A program made the translations under genes and the position numbers. Under the pieces are notes generated by a model. The model searched no databases. It was not told the origin of the DNA and saw only the letters and a list, made by a program, of their open reading frames with translations. This document shows, one piece after another, positions 15,887 to 23,926 of a stretch of 32,000 nucleotides of DNA (its first letter is position 1; each line of letters starts with the position of its first letter). This DNA comes from Cupriavidus necator (lineage in GTDB: Bacteria; Pseudomonadota; Gammaproteobacteria; Burkholderiales; Burkholderiaceae): assembly GCF_016127575.1 (NCBI RefSeq), contig NZ_CP066019.1, positions 1,950,001 through 1,982,000 on the forward strand, read 5' to 3'.

Positions 15887-16402
15887 ATGCCGAAGATTGG
15901 CATTTCGGTACAGGCTGCGGCACTGAATATCCCGCCAGGCACGTTCCATGGCATTACCCTGATCGGGGCCGTGGTGGCTGCCGTTACGACTTTCCTGACG
16001 CTCACCGCAGCGCTACCCGCCTGGGCCATGTTCCTTGGCTGGGTCGCATTCAACACAGGCTCGCAGACGGCGCGCGAAGGCGCAGCGAACCTTGCGGCAT
16101 TCCTGCTCGGCATCGTCTTCGGTGCTGCGACCGGACTGCTGATTGGATGGCTGACGCCGCGCTTCGGTGACCTGGCTACACCGCTCGCGGTGTTCGGCGA
16201 CGTGGTACTCGTGCTCAGCCTGCGCGCGCTGCCACGGATCAACAATCCGCTTGCCTATTTCCTTGGCCTGATCAGTTTCTTTGCTGCGAGCCAGCCACCG
16301 TCGCTGATGTTGTTAGGGGCGCTGGCCGCTGCCGGTGTGCTCGGCGCGATCGGCGCCGGTATCAGCAACGTGCTGCAGGCGCGACTGGCGCGCGCAGTTT
16401 GA
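15887..16402 (+). CDS. Inner-membrane protein, DUF1097-like (4-5 TM helices)
   Basis: Track ORF 15836..16402, trimmed to MPKIGISVQAAALNIP with a strong GGAAGGAGG SD. Highly hydrophobic with Gly/Ala-rich helices. The family assignment is from memory of YcdZ-like proteins. Confidence 0.75.
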   Translation: MPKIGISVQAAALNIPPGTFHGITLIGAVVAAVTTFLTLTAALPAWAMFLGWVAFNTGSQTAREGAANLAAFLLGIVFGAATGLLIGWLTPRFGDLATPLAVFGDVVLVLSLRALPRINNPLAYFLGLISFFAASQPPSLMLLGALAAAGVLGAIGAGISNVLQARLARAV

Positions 16403-16480
16403 GCCGGCTTGTCTGCGCCGAGCAGGCAACGCTCAGCCGAGCCGGCGCGGGATCGCCTATCGCTTTCACGCGCGCGCCCC

Positions 16481-16696
16481 TCAGACCACGTTGATCGTGA
16501 CGTCGATGTTGCCCCGCGTGGCCTTGGAATACGGACAGGTCTGATGCGCCTCGTGCGCCAGGGCCTCCGCGGTCTCGCGCTCCACGCCTGGGACGTGCAC
16601 GTTGAGGCGCGCCTGCAGGCAATACGCATCGCCCGCCATGCCGAGGTCGACTTCGGCGTCGATGGCCACGTTCTCTGGCAGTGCAATCTTTATCTT
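16481..16696 (-). pseudogene. Ohr paralogue remnant (C-terminal ~70 codons only)
   Basis: KIKIALPENVAIDAEVDLGMAGDAYCLQARLNVHVPGVERETAEALAHEAHQTCPYSKATRGNIDVTINVV aligns with residues ~69-139 of the intact Ohr at 15408-15827. The N-terminal half, including the first catalytic Cys, is missing. Confidence 0.8.
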
Positions 16697-16987
16697 CCTG
16701 GCTGCCAGGATGCGCGCCGTTTCAACGCGCAGCTGCTCGACTGCACGTGCGGGTGATTGACCGGTGTTCAGCCGGAACTCGCGGCCGAAGTGGCGTGGGC
16801 TCATATGCACGGAATCTGCGAGCCTTTCAACCGAGAGGTCTTCGTGCAGGTGGGTTCGCCGAAGATTCGCAGGAATGCCCGCCGCATGCGTTCGGGTCGG
16901 TGAAGCCCGTCAGGCTGGCGATGCGCTCGACGGTGAGTCGATCTGCGTCTATCAGGGTTTCTTCGCCCCTGCGTGGAACACGACGTT
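16697..16987 (-). pseudogene. AraC/GlxA-family HTH fragments (frameshifted, permuted order)
   Basis: Three reverse frames give RRGEETLIDADRLTVERIASLTGFTDP / ERMRRAFLRIFGEP (HTH-2-like), followed by HLHEDLSVERLADSVHMSPRHFGREFRLNTGQSPARAVEQLRVETARILAA (HTH-1-like). The latter is fused in frame to the Ohr fragment (track ORF 16481..16810). Confidence 0.7.
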
Positions 16988-17884
16988 CTAGCGTTTGCGC
17001 GCGTAGAGACTCGGTGGTTGGCCGACGTGCCGGCTGAACGCGGTGCTGAAGGTAGTTGCCGAGCCGTAGCCGACCCGTTCAGCCACTTCGGCGATCCCGA
17101 TGTCATGGCGACGGAGCAGGTCCTTCGCCACGGCCATGCGCCAGGCGATCAGGTATTCCATCGGTGGCATTCCCACGGCGCGCGTGAAGCGCTCAAAAAA
17201 GGTCGAGCGCGACAGCGCTGCCTTCCTGGCGAGTTGGGCCACCGTCCACGAGCGCGCGGGATCGGCGTGCATCTGCCGCATCGCTGACGCGAGTCGCGTA
17301 TCGGTCAGGCCACGCAGCAGCCCCGGGGGCGCGTCCTCCCCCGAAGTTGAGCGCAGCGCTTCGATCAGCAGCACCTCCACCAGGCGCGTGAGCACGAGCT
17401 CGCGCCCCGACCTCCGTTCACCCGATTCCTCGCTGACGAGCCGCACGATTGCCGAAAGCCGCTCGGCGCCGCGCACATGCACCAGCGCCGGCAGCAGCGA
17501 CACCAGCAACGCAGCATTGGACGAGTCGAAGACGAAGTAGCCGCCGAGCAGTCGCACATCGGGGCGTCCACCGCGCCTGCCGTGACGAACTTCGCCCATC
17601 GGCGCGGGCGTGACTTTGGGGTCGATGCGCTCGGGCGCCACCGGCTCAAAGCCCGACAAGGTGAAGCCCGGCGTTGCCGGCAGGAGCACGAAGTCGCCCG
17701 TCTCAAGCGTGAGGGCATGCTGGCCGTCGACGGCGAGACGACAACTGCCCTCGAGCACGGCGCAGAAGCTTGGCTGGCCGAAGTCAGCGTAGCGAACACC
17801 CCAGCGGCCGGCGCCGCTGATGGACTTCGAGAACACGGCACGCGGCTGAAGCAGCGAGATGACTTCTGACAGGGGATCGCTCAT
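16988..17884 (-). CDS. AraC-family transcriptional regulator (cupin-type N-terminal sensor domain)
   Basis: Track ORF 16988..17920. The likely start is MSDPLSEVISLLQPRAVFSK (17884), typical of this subfamily; the alternative is 17920. C-terminal HTHs: WTVAQLARKAALSRSTFFERFTRAVGMPPMEYL and IAEVAERVGYGSATTFSTAFSRHVGQPPSLY. Confidence 0.85.
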   Translation of the reverse strand: MSDPLSEVISLLQPRAVFSKSISGAGRWGVRYADFGQPSFCAVLEGSCRLAVDGQHALTLETGDFVLLPATPGFTLSGFEPVAPERIDPKVTPAPMGEVRHGRRGGRPDVRLLGGYFVFDSSNAALLVSLLPALVHVRGAERLSAIVRLVSEESGERRSGRELVLTRLVEVLLIEALRSTSGEDAPPGLLRGLTDTRLASAMRQMHADPARSWTVAQLARKAALSRSTFFERFTRAVGMPPMEYLIAWRMAVAKDLLRRHDIGIAEVAERVGYGSATTFSTAFSRHVGQPPSLYARKR

Positions 17885-17982
17885 CGCCGGACGATTGCAA
17901 ATGAAATCTGGACTTTTCATTGTAGGCAGTCCGTCGCATCCCCGCTATCGTTGCCGGCATCCAAACCACCACCGAAACCCTC

Positions 17983-18726
17983 ATGAAAACCGTGCTGATT
18001 ACCGGCTGCTCCTCTGGCTATGGCCTTGAAACCGCGCGCCACTTCCACGCGCAGGGCTGGAACGTCATCGCCACCATGCGAACGCCGAACGAAGAACTCT
18101 TGCCCCGATCCCACCGGATCCGCGTGCTGGCGCTCGACGTGACGAAGCCCGACAGCATCGCCGCCACGCTTGCAGCGAGCGGAGCCATCGACGTGCTCGT
18201 CAACAACGCGGGCATCGGCCTGTTTGGCGCCTTCGAGGCCACTCCGATGGCCACGACGCGCGAGGTGTTCGAGACCAACACGTTCGGCGTGATGGCGATG
18301 ACCCAGGCGGTGCTGCCCCAGTTCCGTGCGCGCAGGTCGGGCGTGGTGGTGAACGTGACCTCGAGCACGACGCTGGCGCCGATGCCGATGGTAGCCGTCT
18401 ACACCGCGAGCAAGATGGCCATCGAAGGCTTCACCGCATCGCTCGCGTTCGAGCTCGAAGCGTTCAACGTGAGCGTGAAGCTGGTCGAGCCAGGCTACGG
18501 ACCGACCACGCGCTTTACCAGCAACGGGGGACCGCGCATGGAGGGCCTGATCCCCGAGGCATACGCGTCTTGCGCGCAGGGCATCTTTGCTTCCCTCTCG
18601 CAACCGGCAGCGGTGACGACCGAGGCCGAGGTGGCCGAAGCGGTTTGGCGTGCCGCCAACGACAGGTCCGGGCTGCTTCGGTTTCCGGCAGGTGCCGATG
18701 CGGTAGCGCTGGCTCATTCGGGATAA
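17983..18726 (+). CDS. SDR-family oxidoreductase
   Basis: MKTVLITGCSSGYGLETARHF, NNAG, YTASKMA (YxxxK). Divergent from the AraC regulator. Confidence 0.9.
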   Translation: MKTVLITGCSSGYGLETARHFHAQGWNVIATMRTPNEELLPRSHRIRVLALDVTKPDSIAATLAASGAIDVLVNNAGIGLFGAFEATPMATTREVFETNTFGVMAMTQAVLPQFRARRSGVVVNVTSSTTLAPMPMVAVYTASKMAIEGFTASLAFELEAFNVSVKLVEPGYGPTTRFTSNGGPRMEGLIPEAYASCAQGIFASLSQPAAVTTEAEVAEAVWRAANDRSGLLRFPAGADAVALAHSG

Positions 18727-18756
18727 CCGTCGAAGGGTCTGGCCCTTCGACGGTTT
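18727..18756 (+). terminator. Rho-independent terminator
   Basis: Perfect 11-bp stem CCGTCGAAGGG / CCCTTCGACGG (18727-18737 / 18743-18753), 5-nt loop, then TTTG. Begins 1 nt after the TAA stop. Confidence 0.7.
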
Positions 18757-18817
18757 GCCGCACCAGGTATCGGAGCCCAATCGCCCCGGAGGCTGGCGCA
18801 TCCCCACACGCCCGAGG

Positions 18818-18840
18818 CATAATCGTGAAACTGGTTTCAC
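18818..18840 (+). promoter_or_regulatory. -10-like CATAAT plus PtxS-type operator GTGAAACTGGTTTCAC upstream of the LacI gene
   Basis: CATAAT at 18818-18823. TGAAACTGGTTTCA at 18826-18839 has arms perfectly inverted and one central mismatch. Lies 16 nt upstream of ATG 18856. Confidence 0.6.
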
Positions 18841-18855
18841 CGAGACCCGAACCCT

Positions 18856-19911
18856 ATGCCGCGCCCTGTTATCCGACCTGTGTCCGACCAGAAACCTGCA
18901 GAGAAACTCACCATCCAGGACGTTGCCGACTATGCGGGCGTGTCCAAGGCAACCGTATCGCGCTACCTGAACCGGGGCGGCGAGCAGCTTTCCGCGGACG
19001 TGGAGGCGCGCGTCGCCGCGGCCATCCGCGCGCTCGGCTATAGCCCCAGCCCGATGGCGCAGGGGCTCAAGCGCGGCAAGTCGCGCCTGATCGGCCTGGT
19101 GGTCGCGGATGTCTCCAATTCGTTCTCGGTGGCCGTGCTGCGCGGCGTTGAGAAGGCCTGTCGCGACGCCGGCTACATGGTGATGCTGTTCAACCTCGGC
19201 AATGACGAGCAACTGGAGCGCGAAGCCATTCGCTCGCTGTCGGCTTACCGGGTCGAGGGCTTTATCCTGCACACGCTGGGCCACGATGCCGGCGCCCTGG
19301 CCGATGCGGCGCAGTTGGGCAAGCCAGTGGTCCTGGTCGACCGCAAGGTCGGCGATGCCGAAGTCGACCTGGTGGCCCTGGACAACCAGACCGCCGTCCA
19401 GGAAGCCGCCGGCCACCTGGTCGAAGCCGGCTACCGGCGCCTGCTGTTCATCAGCGAGCCGATCAAGGCCATCAGCTCGCGCAACGAGCGGGCGCGCGCG
19501 TTCCAGGCCTTTGTCGCCGAACACGTGGACACGGTTGGAGGGACCGTTTTTGAAGCCCAGCGGGGTGACGACGATGCCCTGGATGAAGCGCTGCGCGCGC
19601 TGCGCCGTGGCGCCGGACAGGCACCCGTTGCCGTGCTGGCGGCCAACGCCGTGATCTCGCTGCGCGTGGCCGCATCGGCCGCCAGACTAGGGTGGCAGCT
19701 TGGCGCCGACCTGGGCCTGATCGGCTTCGATGATCCGGAATGGGCTGCACTGGTCGGTCCTGGCCTCAGCGCCATTTCCCAGCCCACCGACGATATCGGG
19801 CGCGTTGCCACCAACTGCCTGATAGAGCGCCTGCAAGGCACGCAGCTGCCGCCGCGCCGGGTGCTGTTGCCCGGCACGCTGGTCACGCGCGGATCGACCC
19901 GCCGCGCCTGA
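18856..19911 (+). CDS. ptxS: LacI-family repressor, PtxS-like (2-ketogluconate utilisation regulator)
   Basis: 351-aa ORF with HTH LTIQDVADYAGVSKATVSRYLN. Sits next to a kguE/kguK/kguD-like operon. Three copies of the palindrome I recall as the Pseudomonas PtxS operator (TGAAACCGGTTTCA) flank it. Confidence 0.85.
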   Translation: MPRPVIRPVSDQKPAEKLTIQDVADYAGVSKATVSRYLNRGGEQLSADVEARVAAAIRALGYSPSPMAQGLKRGKSRLIGLVVADVSNSFSVAVLRGVEKACRDAGYMVMLFNLGNDEQLEREAIRSLSAYRVEGFILHTLGHDAGALADAAQLGKPVVLVDRKVGDAEVDLVALDNQTAVQEAAGHLVEAGYRRLLFISEPIKAISSRNERARAFQAFVAEHVDTVGGTVFEAQRGDDDALDEALRALRRGAGQAPVAVLAANAVISLRVAASAARLGWQLGADLGLIGFDDPEWAALVGPGLSAISQPTDDIGRVATNCLIERLQGTQLPPRRVLLPGTLVTRGSTRRA

Positions 19912-19962
19912 TCGCAGAGCCCTTCCCCACCGGCGCCCGCCGTGCCCGCCTGATCCACGCCT

Positions 19963-19990
19963 GCACCCGCTGCGCACGTCCAGCGGGTGC
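19963..19990 (+). terminator. Hairpin downstream of ptxS (candidate terminator)
   Basis: Perfect 10-bp stem GCACCCGCTG / CAGCGGGTGC with an 8-nt loop. The T-run (GTTT) comes only ~12 nt later. Confidence 0.45.
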
Positions 19991-20049
19991 CTGACGTGCC
20001 TGTTTCCACATCCGCCAAACGCAGTTTTTGACCGTAAGGGTTTCCACTG

Positions 20050-20094
20050 TTGGATCTCTGAAACCGGTTTCCTATAATCCTGAAACCGGTTTCA
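20050..20094 (+). promoter_or_regulatory. Promoter (-35 TTGGAT, 17 nt, -10 TATAAT) bracketed by two PtxS-type operators
   Basis: TTGGAT 20050-20055. Operator 1 TGAAACCGGTTTCC at 20059-20072, inside the spacer. TATAAT 20073-20078. Operator 2 is the perfect palindrome TGAAACCGGTTTCA at 20081-20094. Confidence 0.7.
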
Positions 20095-20153
20095 AAACGG
20101 TGCTTGCCCAACGCTGCGACGCCAGCGACACATTCCATAAACGTGCAGGAGAC

Positions 20154-20960
20154 ATGATGAACGTCCAACGCTTGTTGCGCCGCGCAGCCGCGCCCGTGCT
20201 GACTCTGCTGGTCCTGACCAGCGCCGCTTTCACCGCCCAGGCGCAGACCGTCGCCGAGATCGTCAAGAAGGGCAGGGTCACCATCGGCGTGGTGACCGGC
20301 GCCCCGCCCTTCGGCACCACGGACGCCACCGGCAAGCCCGCCGGCTATGACGTCGACGTGGCCAACCTGCTCGGCAAGTACCTGGGCGTGCCGGTCGATA
20401 TCGTTCCGCTCACCTCGCCCAGCCGGATTCCGGCGCTGGAGGCCGGCAAGGTCGATTTCCTGGTCGCCACACTGGCGCCGACGCCCGAGCGGGCGCGGGC
20501 CATCATGTTCAGTGCACCCTACAGCGCGTTCGAGCTGACCATCTTCGCGCCCGTCGCTGCCAAGTACGCCAGGCTGACGGAACTCGGGAAGAAGAAGGTG
20601 GGCGTGACGCGCGGCACCACGCAGGACACCGCGCTGACCCGGCTGGCCGTGCCCGGCATGAACATCGTCCGCTTCGAGGACGATGCCACCTGCGCGCAGG
20701 CGCTGATCAGCAACCAGGTCGAAGCCATTGCCCTGCCCAATACCACCGGCAACGAGATCATGAAGGCGCGCGGTGCCGGCAAGTTCGACGCCAAGTTCGC
20801 GTTCTCGGTGCAGCCCAATTCAATGGCCGTGCGCCGCGACGCCTTCGAGCTGCGCCAGTGGCTCAACACCACCATCTCCTACGTCAAGCTGAATGGCGAA
20901 CTCGACGCCATTGCGCAGAAGTGGACCGGCAAGGCGCTGCCTGCGCTGCAAGCGTTCTGA
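20154..20960 (+). CDS. ABC transporter substrate-binding protein (polar amino acid / SBP_bac_3 type)
   Basis: Track ORF 20028..20960, trimmed to MMNVQRLLRRAAAPVLTLLVLTSAAFTAQA (signal peptide). AGGAG at 20147-20151 favours ATG 20157 or 20154. GYDVDVANLL and FSAPY motifs present. Confidence 0.9.
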   Translation: MMNVQRLLRRAAAPVLTLLVLTSAAFTAQAQTVAEIVKKGRVTIGVVTGAPPFGTTDATGKPAGYDVDVANLLGKYLGVPVDIVPLTSPSRIPALEAGKVDFLVATLAPTPERARAIMFSAPYSAFELTIFAPVAAKYARLTELGKKKVGVTRGTTQDTALTRLAVPGMNIVRFEDDATCAQALISNQVEAIALPNTTGNEIMKARGAGKFDAKFAFSVQPNSMAVRRDAFELRQWLNTTISYVKLNGELDAIAQKWTGKALPALQAF

Positions 20961-21014
20961 ACCAGGCCGTCTGAGGTTGCGCGCCGGCGCCAGCCGGCGT
21001 GCCAGGAGACCCCC

Positions 21015-21773
21015 ATGAACTACCAATTCGAATGGACCCCGGTGCTGTCGCAGCTGGACCGCTTCGCGGAAGGCGCGGCGATGACGCTGGCGCTCAGCTT
21101 CGGCTCGATCCTGCTTGGCACAGTGGTCGGCACCGCCGGCGCGATTGCCGCCGCTTTTGGCGGCCCCTGGCTGCAGCGTGCCACCAGGGCATATGTCGAA
21201 GCCATCCGCAACACGCCCTTCCTGATCCAGCTCTTCATCATCTTCTTCGGCTTGCCAACCGTGGGCCTGCAGATCGATGCCGTCACCGCCGCGGTGATTG
21301 CCATGACCGTCAACCTCGGCGCCTACTCGACGGAAATCATCCGGGCCGGCCTGCAGGCAGTTCACCGCTCGCAACTCGAGGCCGCCGCCGCGCTGGGCAT
21401 GACACGCTGGCAGCTGATCCGCCACGTCGCCCTGGTGCCGGCTTTCGAGAAGGTCTATCCGGCCCTGACCAGCCAGTTCACGCTGATGATGCTGACGTCG
21501 AGCGTGGTGTCGACGATCTCGGTGGAAGAGCTGACGGCGGTCGCCAGCCAGGTCGATTCGCAGACCTTCCGCACCTTCGAGAGCTACATCCTGGTCATGT
21601 TCGTCTATATCGGCCTGGCACTGATGCTGCGCGCCATATTCGGCCTGATCGGCAACCTCGTGTTCAAGCGGCGCCGCGTGGTGGCGCGCGCACGAAAGCT
21701 GGCCCGCACAGCCCGCATCGCGCCAATGGCGCAGGCGGAACTGACGGCAGCGGCTGCAGGGAGCGCGCAATGA
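21015..21773 (+). CDS. ABC transporter permease (amino-acid type)
   Basis: 252-aa ORF with an EAA-like loop (AAAALGMTRWQLIRHVALVPA) and the IRNTPFLIQLF motif. Confidence 0.9.
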   Translation: MNYQFEWTPVLSQLDRFAEGAAMTLALSFGSILLGTVVGTAGAIAAAFGGPWLQRATRAYVEAIRNTPFLIQLFIIFFGLPTVGLQIDAVTAAVIAMTVNLGAYSTEIIRAGLQAVHRSQLEAAAALGMTRWQLIRHVALVPAFEKVYPALTSQFTLMMLTSSVVSTISVEELTAVASQVDSQTFRTFESYILVMFVYIGLALMLRAIFGLIGNLVFKRRRVVARARKLARTARIAPMAQAELTAAAAGSAQ

Positions 21774-22420
21774 TCACCGAGTTCTCCTGGAATCATCTTG
21801 AAATCCTGCTGCTGGCAGCGCGCTGGACGCTGTGGGTGACCTTGCTCGCCTTCGTCGGCGGCACGCTGGCCGGCTTCCTGGTGGCGCTGGCACGTACCTC
21901 CAGAAGCCCGATGCTGCGCCTCGCCAGCACGGCCTATATCCAGGTCGTGCAAGGCACGCCGGTGCTGATCGTGCTGTTCCTGAGCTACTACGGACTCTCC
22001 GTGCTCGGGCTCAAGCTGTCGCCGATGGTCGCGGCCATGCTGGCGATGTCGATCTACGCCAGCGCCTACCTTGGCGAGATCTGGCGCGGCTGCATCGAGG
22101 CCGTGCCGCAAGGACAGTGGGAAGCCAGTGAAGCGCTCGCCCTCACCCGCTGGCAGCAGCTGCGCTATGTGGTGCTGCCGCAGGCCGTGCGGCTGGCCTT
22201 GCCGCCCACGGTGGGATTCTCGGTCCAGCTGGTCAAGAACACCTCGATCACTTCCATCATCGGCGTCATCGAACTGACCCGCGCCGGCCAGTTGATCAAC
22301 AACGCGACCTTCCAGCCCTTCGCGGTCTTCGTCGTCGTCGCACTTATCTACTTCGCGCTCTGCTTCCCGCTGTCGGCGGCGGCGCGGCGCATGGAAAGGA
22401 GGCTCCATGTCAATCGTTGA
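21770..22420 (+). CDS. ABC transporter permease (amino-acid type), second subunit
   Basis: Distal part of track ORF 20999..22420. ATG 21770 overlaps the preceding stop (ATGA). Starts MITEFSWNHLEILLLAARWTLWVTL. Motifs VQGTPVLIVLF and EASEALALTRWQQLRYVVLPQA. Confidence 0.9.
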   Translation: MITEFSWNHLEILLLAARWTLWVTLLAFVGGTLAGFLVALARTSRSPMLRLASTAYIQVVQGTPVLIVLFLSYYGLSVLGLKLSPMVAAMLAMSIYASAYLGEIWRGCIEAVPQGQWEASEALALTRWQQLRYVVLPQAVRLALPPTVGFSVQLVKNTSITSIIGVIELTRAGQLINNATFQPFAVFVVVALIYFALCFPLSAAARRMERRLHVNR

Positions 22421-23141
22421 AGCACAAGGCGTGCACAAGTCATATGGCGCTGTCGAAGTCCTGAAGGGCGTTTCGTTTGCGATCGAGCCGGGCCAGGTGG
22501 TCGCCATCATCGGCCGCAGCGGCTCCGGCAAGAGCACCATGCTGCGTTGCCTGAATGGCCTGGAGACGATCAACGCCGGCGACATCACCGTCGCCGGGCA
22601 CAAGCTGGATCACGACCGCAAGCGCTTGCTCGACCTGCGCCGCGACGTGGGCATGGTGTTCCAGAGCTACAACCTGTTTCCGCACCTGACCGTGGGCGAG
22701 AACATCGCGCTGGCGCCGTCCATCGTGAAGAAGATGGCAGCCAGCAAGATCGACGGCATCGTCGACCAGGTGCTGACCCAGGTCGGCCTGCTCGACAAGA
22801 AGGACTGCTACCCCGAGCAGCTCTCGGGTGGCCAGCAACAGCGTGTGGCCATCGCCCGTTCGCTGGCGATGGAGCCCAAGGTGATGCTGTTCGACGAGGT
22901 CACCTCCGCGCTCGACCCCGAGCTGACAGCGGAAGTGCTTCGGGTCATGGAGAACCTCGCTGCCTCCGGCATGACCATGGTGCTGGTCACGCATGAAATG
23001 GAGTTCGCGCGCCGCATGGCGCATACCACCATCTTCATGCACCAGGGCAAGGTCCACGAGGCGGGGCCATCGAAGGCGCTGTTCGCGCAGCCGCGGACAC
23101 CGGAACTGCAGCAATTCCTCGGCGCGGGAGCACTGAAATGA
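22407..23141 (+). CDS. ABC transporter ATP-binding protein
   Basis: Walker A GRSGSGKST, signature LSGGQQQRVAIAR, Walker B VMLFDEVTSALD. AAGGAGG SD. Confidence 0.95.
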   Translation: MSIVEAQGVHKSYGAVEVLKGVSFAIEPGQVVAIIGRSGSGKSTMLRCLNGLETINAGDITVAGHKLDHDRKRLLDLRRDVGMVFQSYNLFPHLTVGENIALAPSIVKKMAASKIDGIVDQVLTQVGLLDKKDCYPEQLSGGQQQRVAIARSLAMEPKVMLFDEVTSALDPELTAEVLRVMENLAASGMTMVLVTHEMEFARRMAHTTIFMHQGKVHEAGPSKALFAQPRTPELQQFLGAGALK

Positions 23142-23926
23142 GCCATTGGCAAGCAGATGCTGCTTCGCGCCCGCCGGTGCTGATCTCGTTGACAGCCTAT
23201 GGCGCCGACTTCGCCCTGCGCGACGGACAGGCCGCACTCGCGCGGATTGCCGCGGCAGCCGGCGCGGACGGCGTGGAATTTCGCGGCGAACTCCAGCGCG
23301 GGCACAAGGATGAAGTCATTGAACAGCGCGAGGTCGCCCGGCAGCATGGGCTGAGCGTAGTCTGGTCCAGCCCGGAAGGCCTCTGGAGCGAAGCCGGCAG
23401 CCTCGATGCCGCCGCTCTCGACCGTGCCTTCACGACCGCGCTGGCGCTCGGTGCGACCCGGGTCAAGATGTCGCTTGGCGGCTATCGGGAAGGCACGGCA
23501 CTGGAAGCACTGCTTCCCTGGCTGCGGCACGATGGCATCGAACTCGTCGTGGAAAACGACCAGACCGCCCAGGCCGGCACCGTGCCGCCGTTGCGCGATT
23601 TCTTCGCGCGTATCACGGCGCTCGGCGAGAACGTGCCGATGACCTTCGACATGGGCAACTGGCACTGGACCGGCGAAGACCCGCTCGACGCCGCGCAGGT
23701 CTTCGGCGCCGGCGTCGGCTACGTGCACTGCAAAGGCGTGCAGCGCACGCCTGCCAAATGGATCGCGGTGCCGCTTGATCAGTCGGCGGCACCCTGGCGC
23801 AGCGTCTTGCGCCGCCTGCCCACGCACGTTGCGCGTGCGATCGAATTCCCGCTGCAAGGCGAAGACCTGGTGCAGGTCACGCGCCATCATGTCGAACTGC
23901 TGCGTTCGGTGGAGGTCCCCGCATGA
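23138..23926 (+). CDS. kguE: Sugar-phosphate isomerase/epimerase, xylose-isomerase-like TIM barrel (KguE-like)
   Basis: 262-aa ORF with an ATGA overlap at both ends. Position and family match kguE of the Pseudomonas ptxS-kguEKTD locus (synteny argument). Confidence 0.75.
   Translation: MSHWQADAASRPPVLISLTAYGADFALRDGQAALARIAAAAGADGVEFRGELQRGHKDEVIEQREVARQHGLSVVWSSPEGLWSEAGSLDAAALDRAFTTALALGATRVKMSLGGYREGTALEALLPWLRHDGIELVVENDQTAQAGTVPPLRDFFARITALGENVPMTFDMGNWHWTGEDPLDAAQVFGAGVGYVHCKGVQRTPAKWIAVPLDQSAAPWRSVLRRLPTHVARAIEFPLQGEDLVQVTRHHVELLRSVEVPA

Noticed and set aside
17917-19524. 535-aa minus-strand ORF, the longest in the track
   Set aside because: It is antisense to a clear SDR gene and a clear LacI gene and also crosses their intergenic terminator. 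The translation is Arg/Gly/Ala-rich with no recognisable domain.
20999-21769. Proximal two-thirds of track ORF 20999..22420 (and similarly 24300..24887 of ORF 24300..25877)
   Set aside because: These parts overlap the well-supported permease-1 and kinase genes in another frame. Only the distal parts, from the ATGA-coupled or SD-preceded ATGs at 21770 and 24888, show family motifs.
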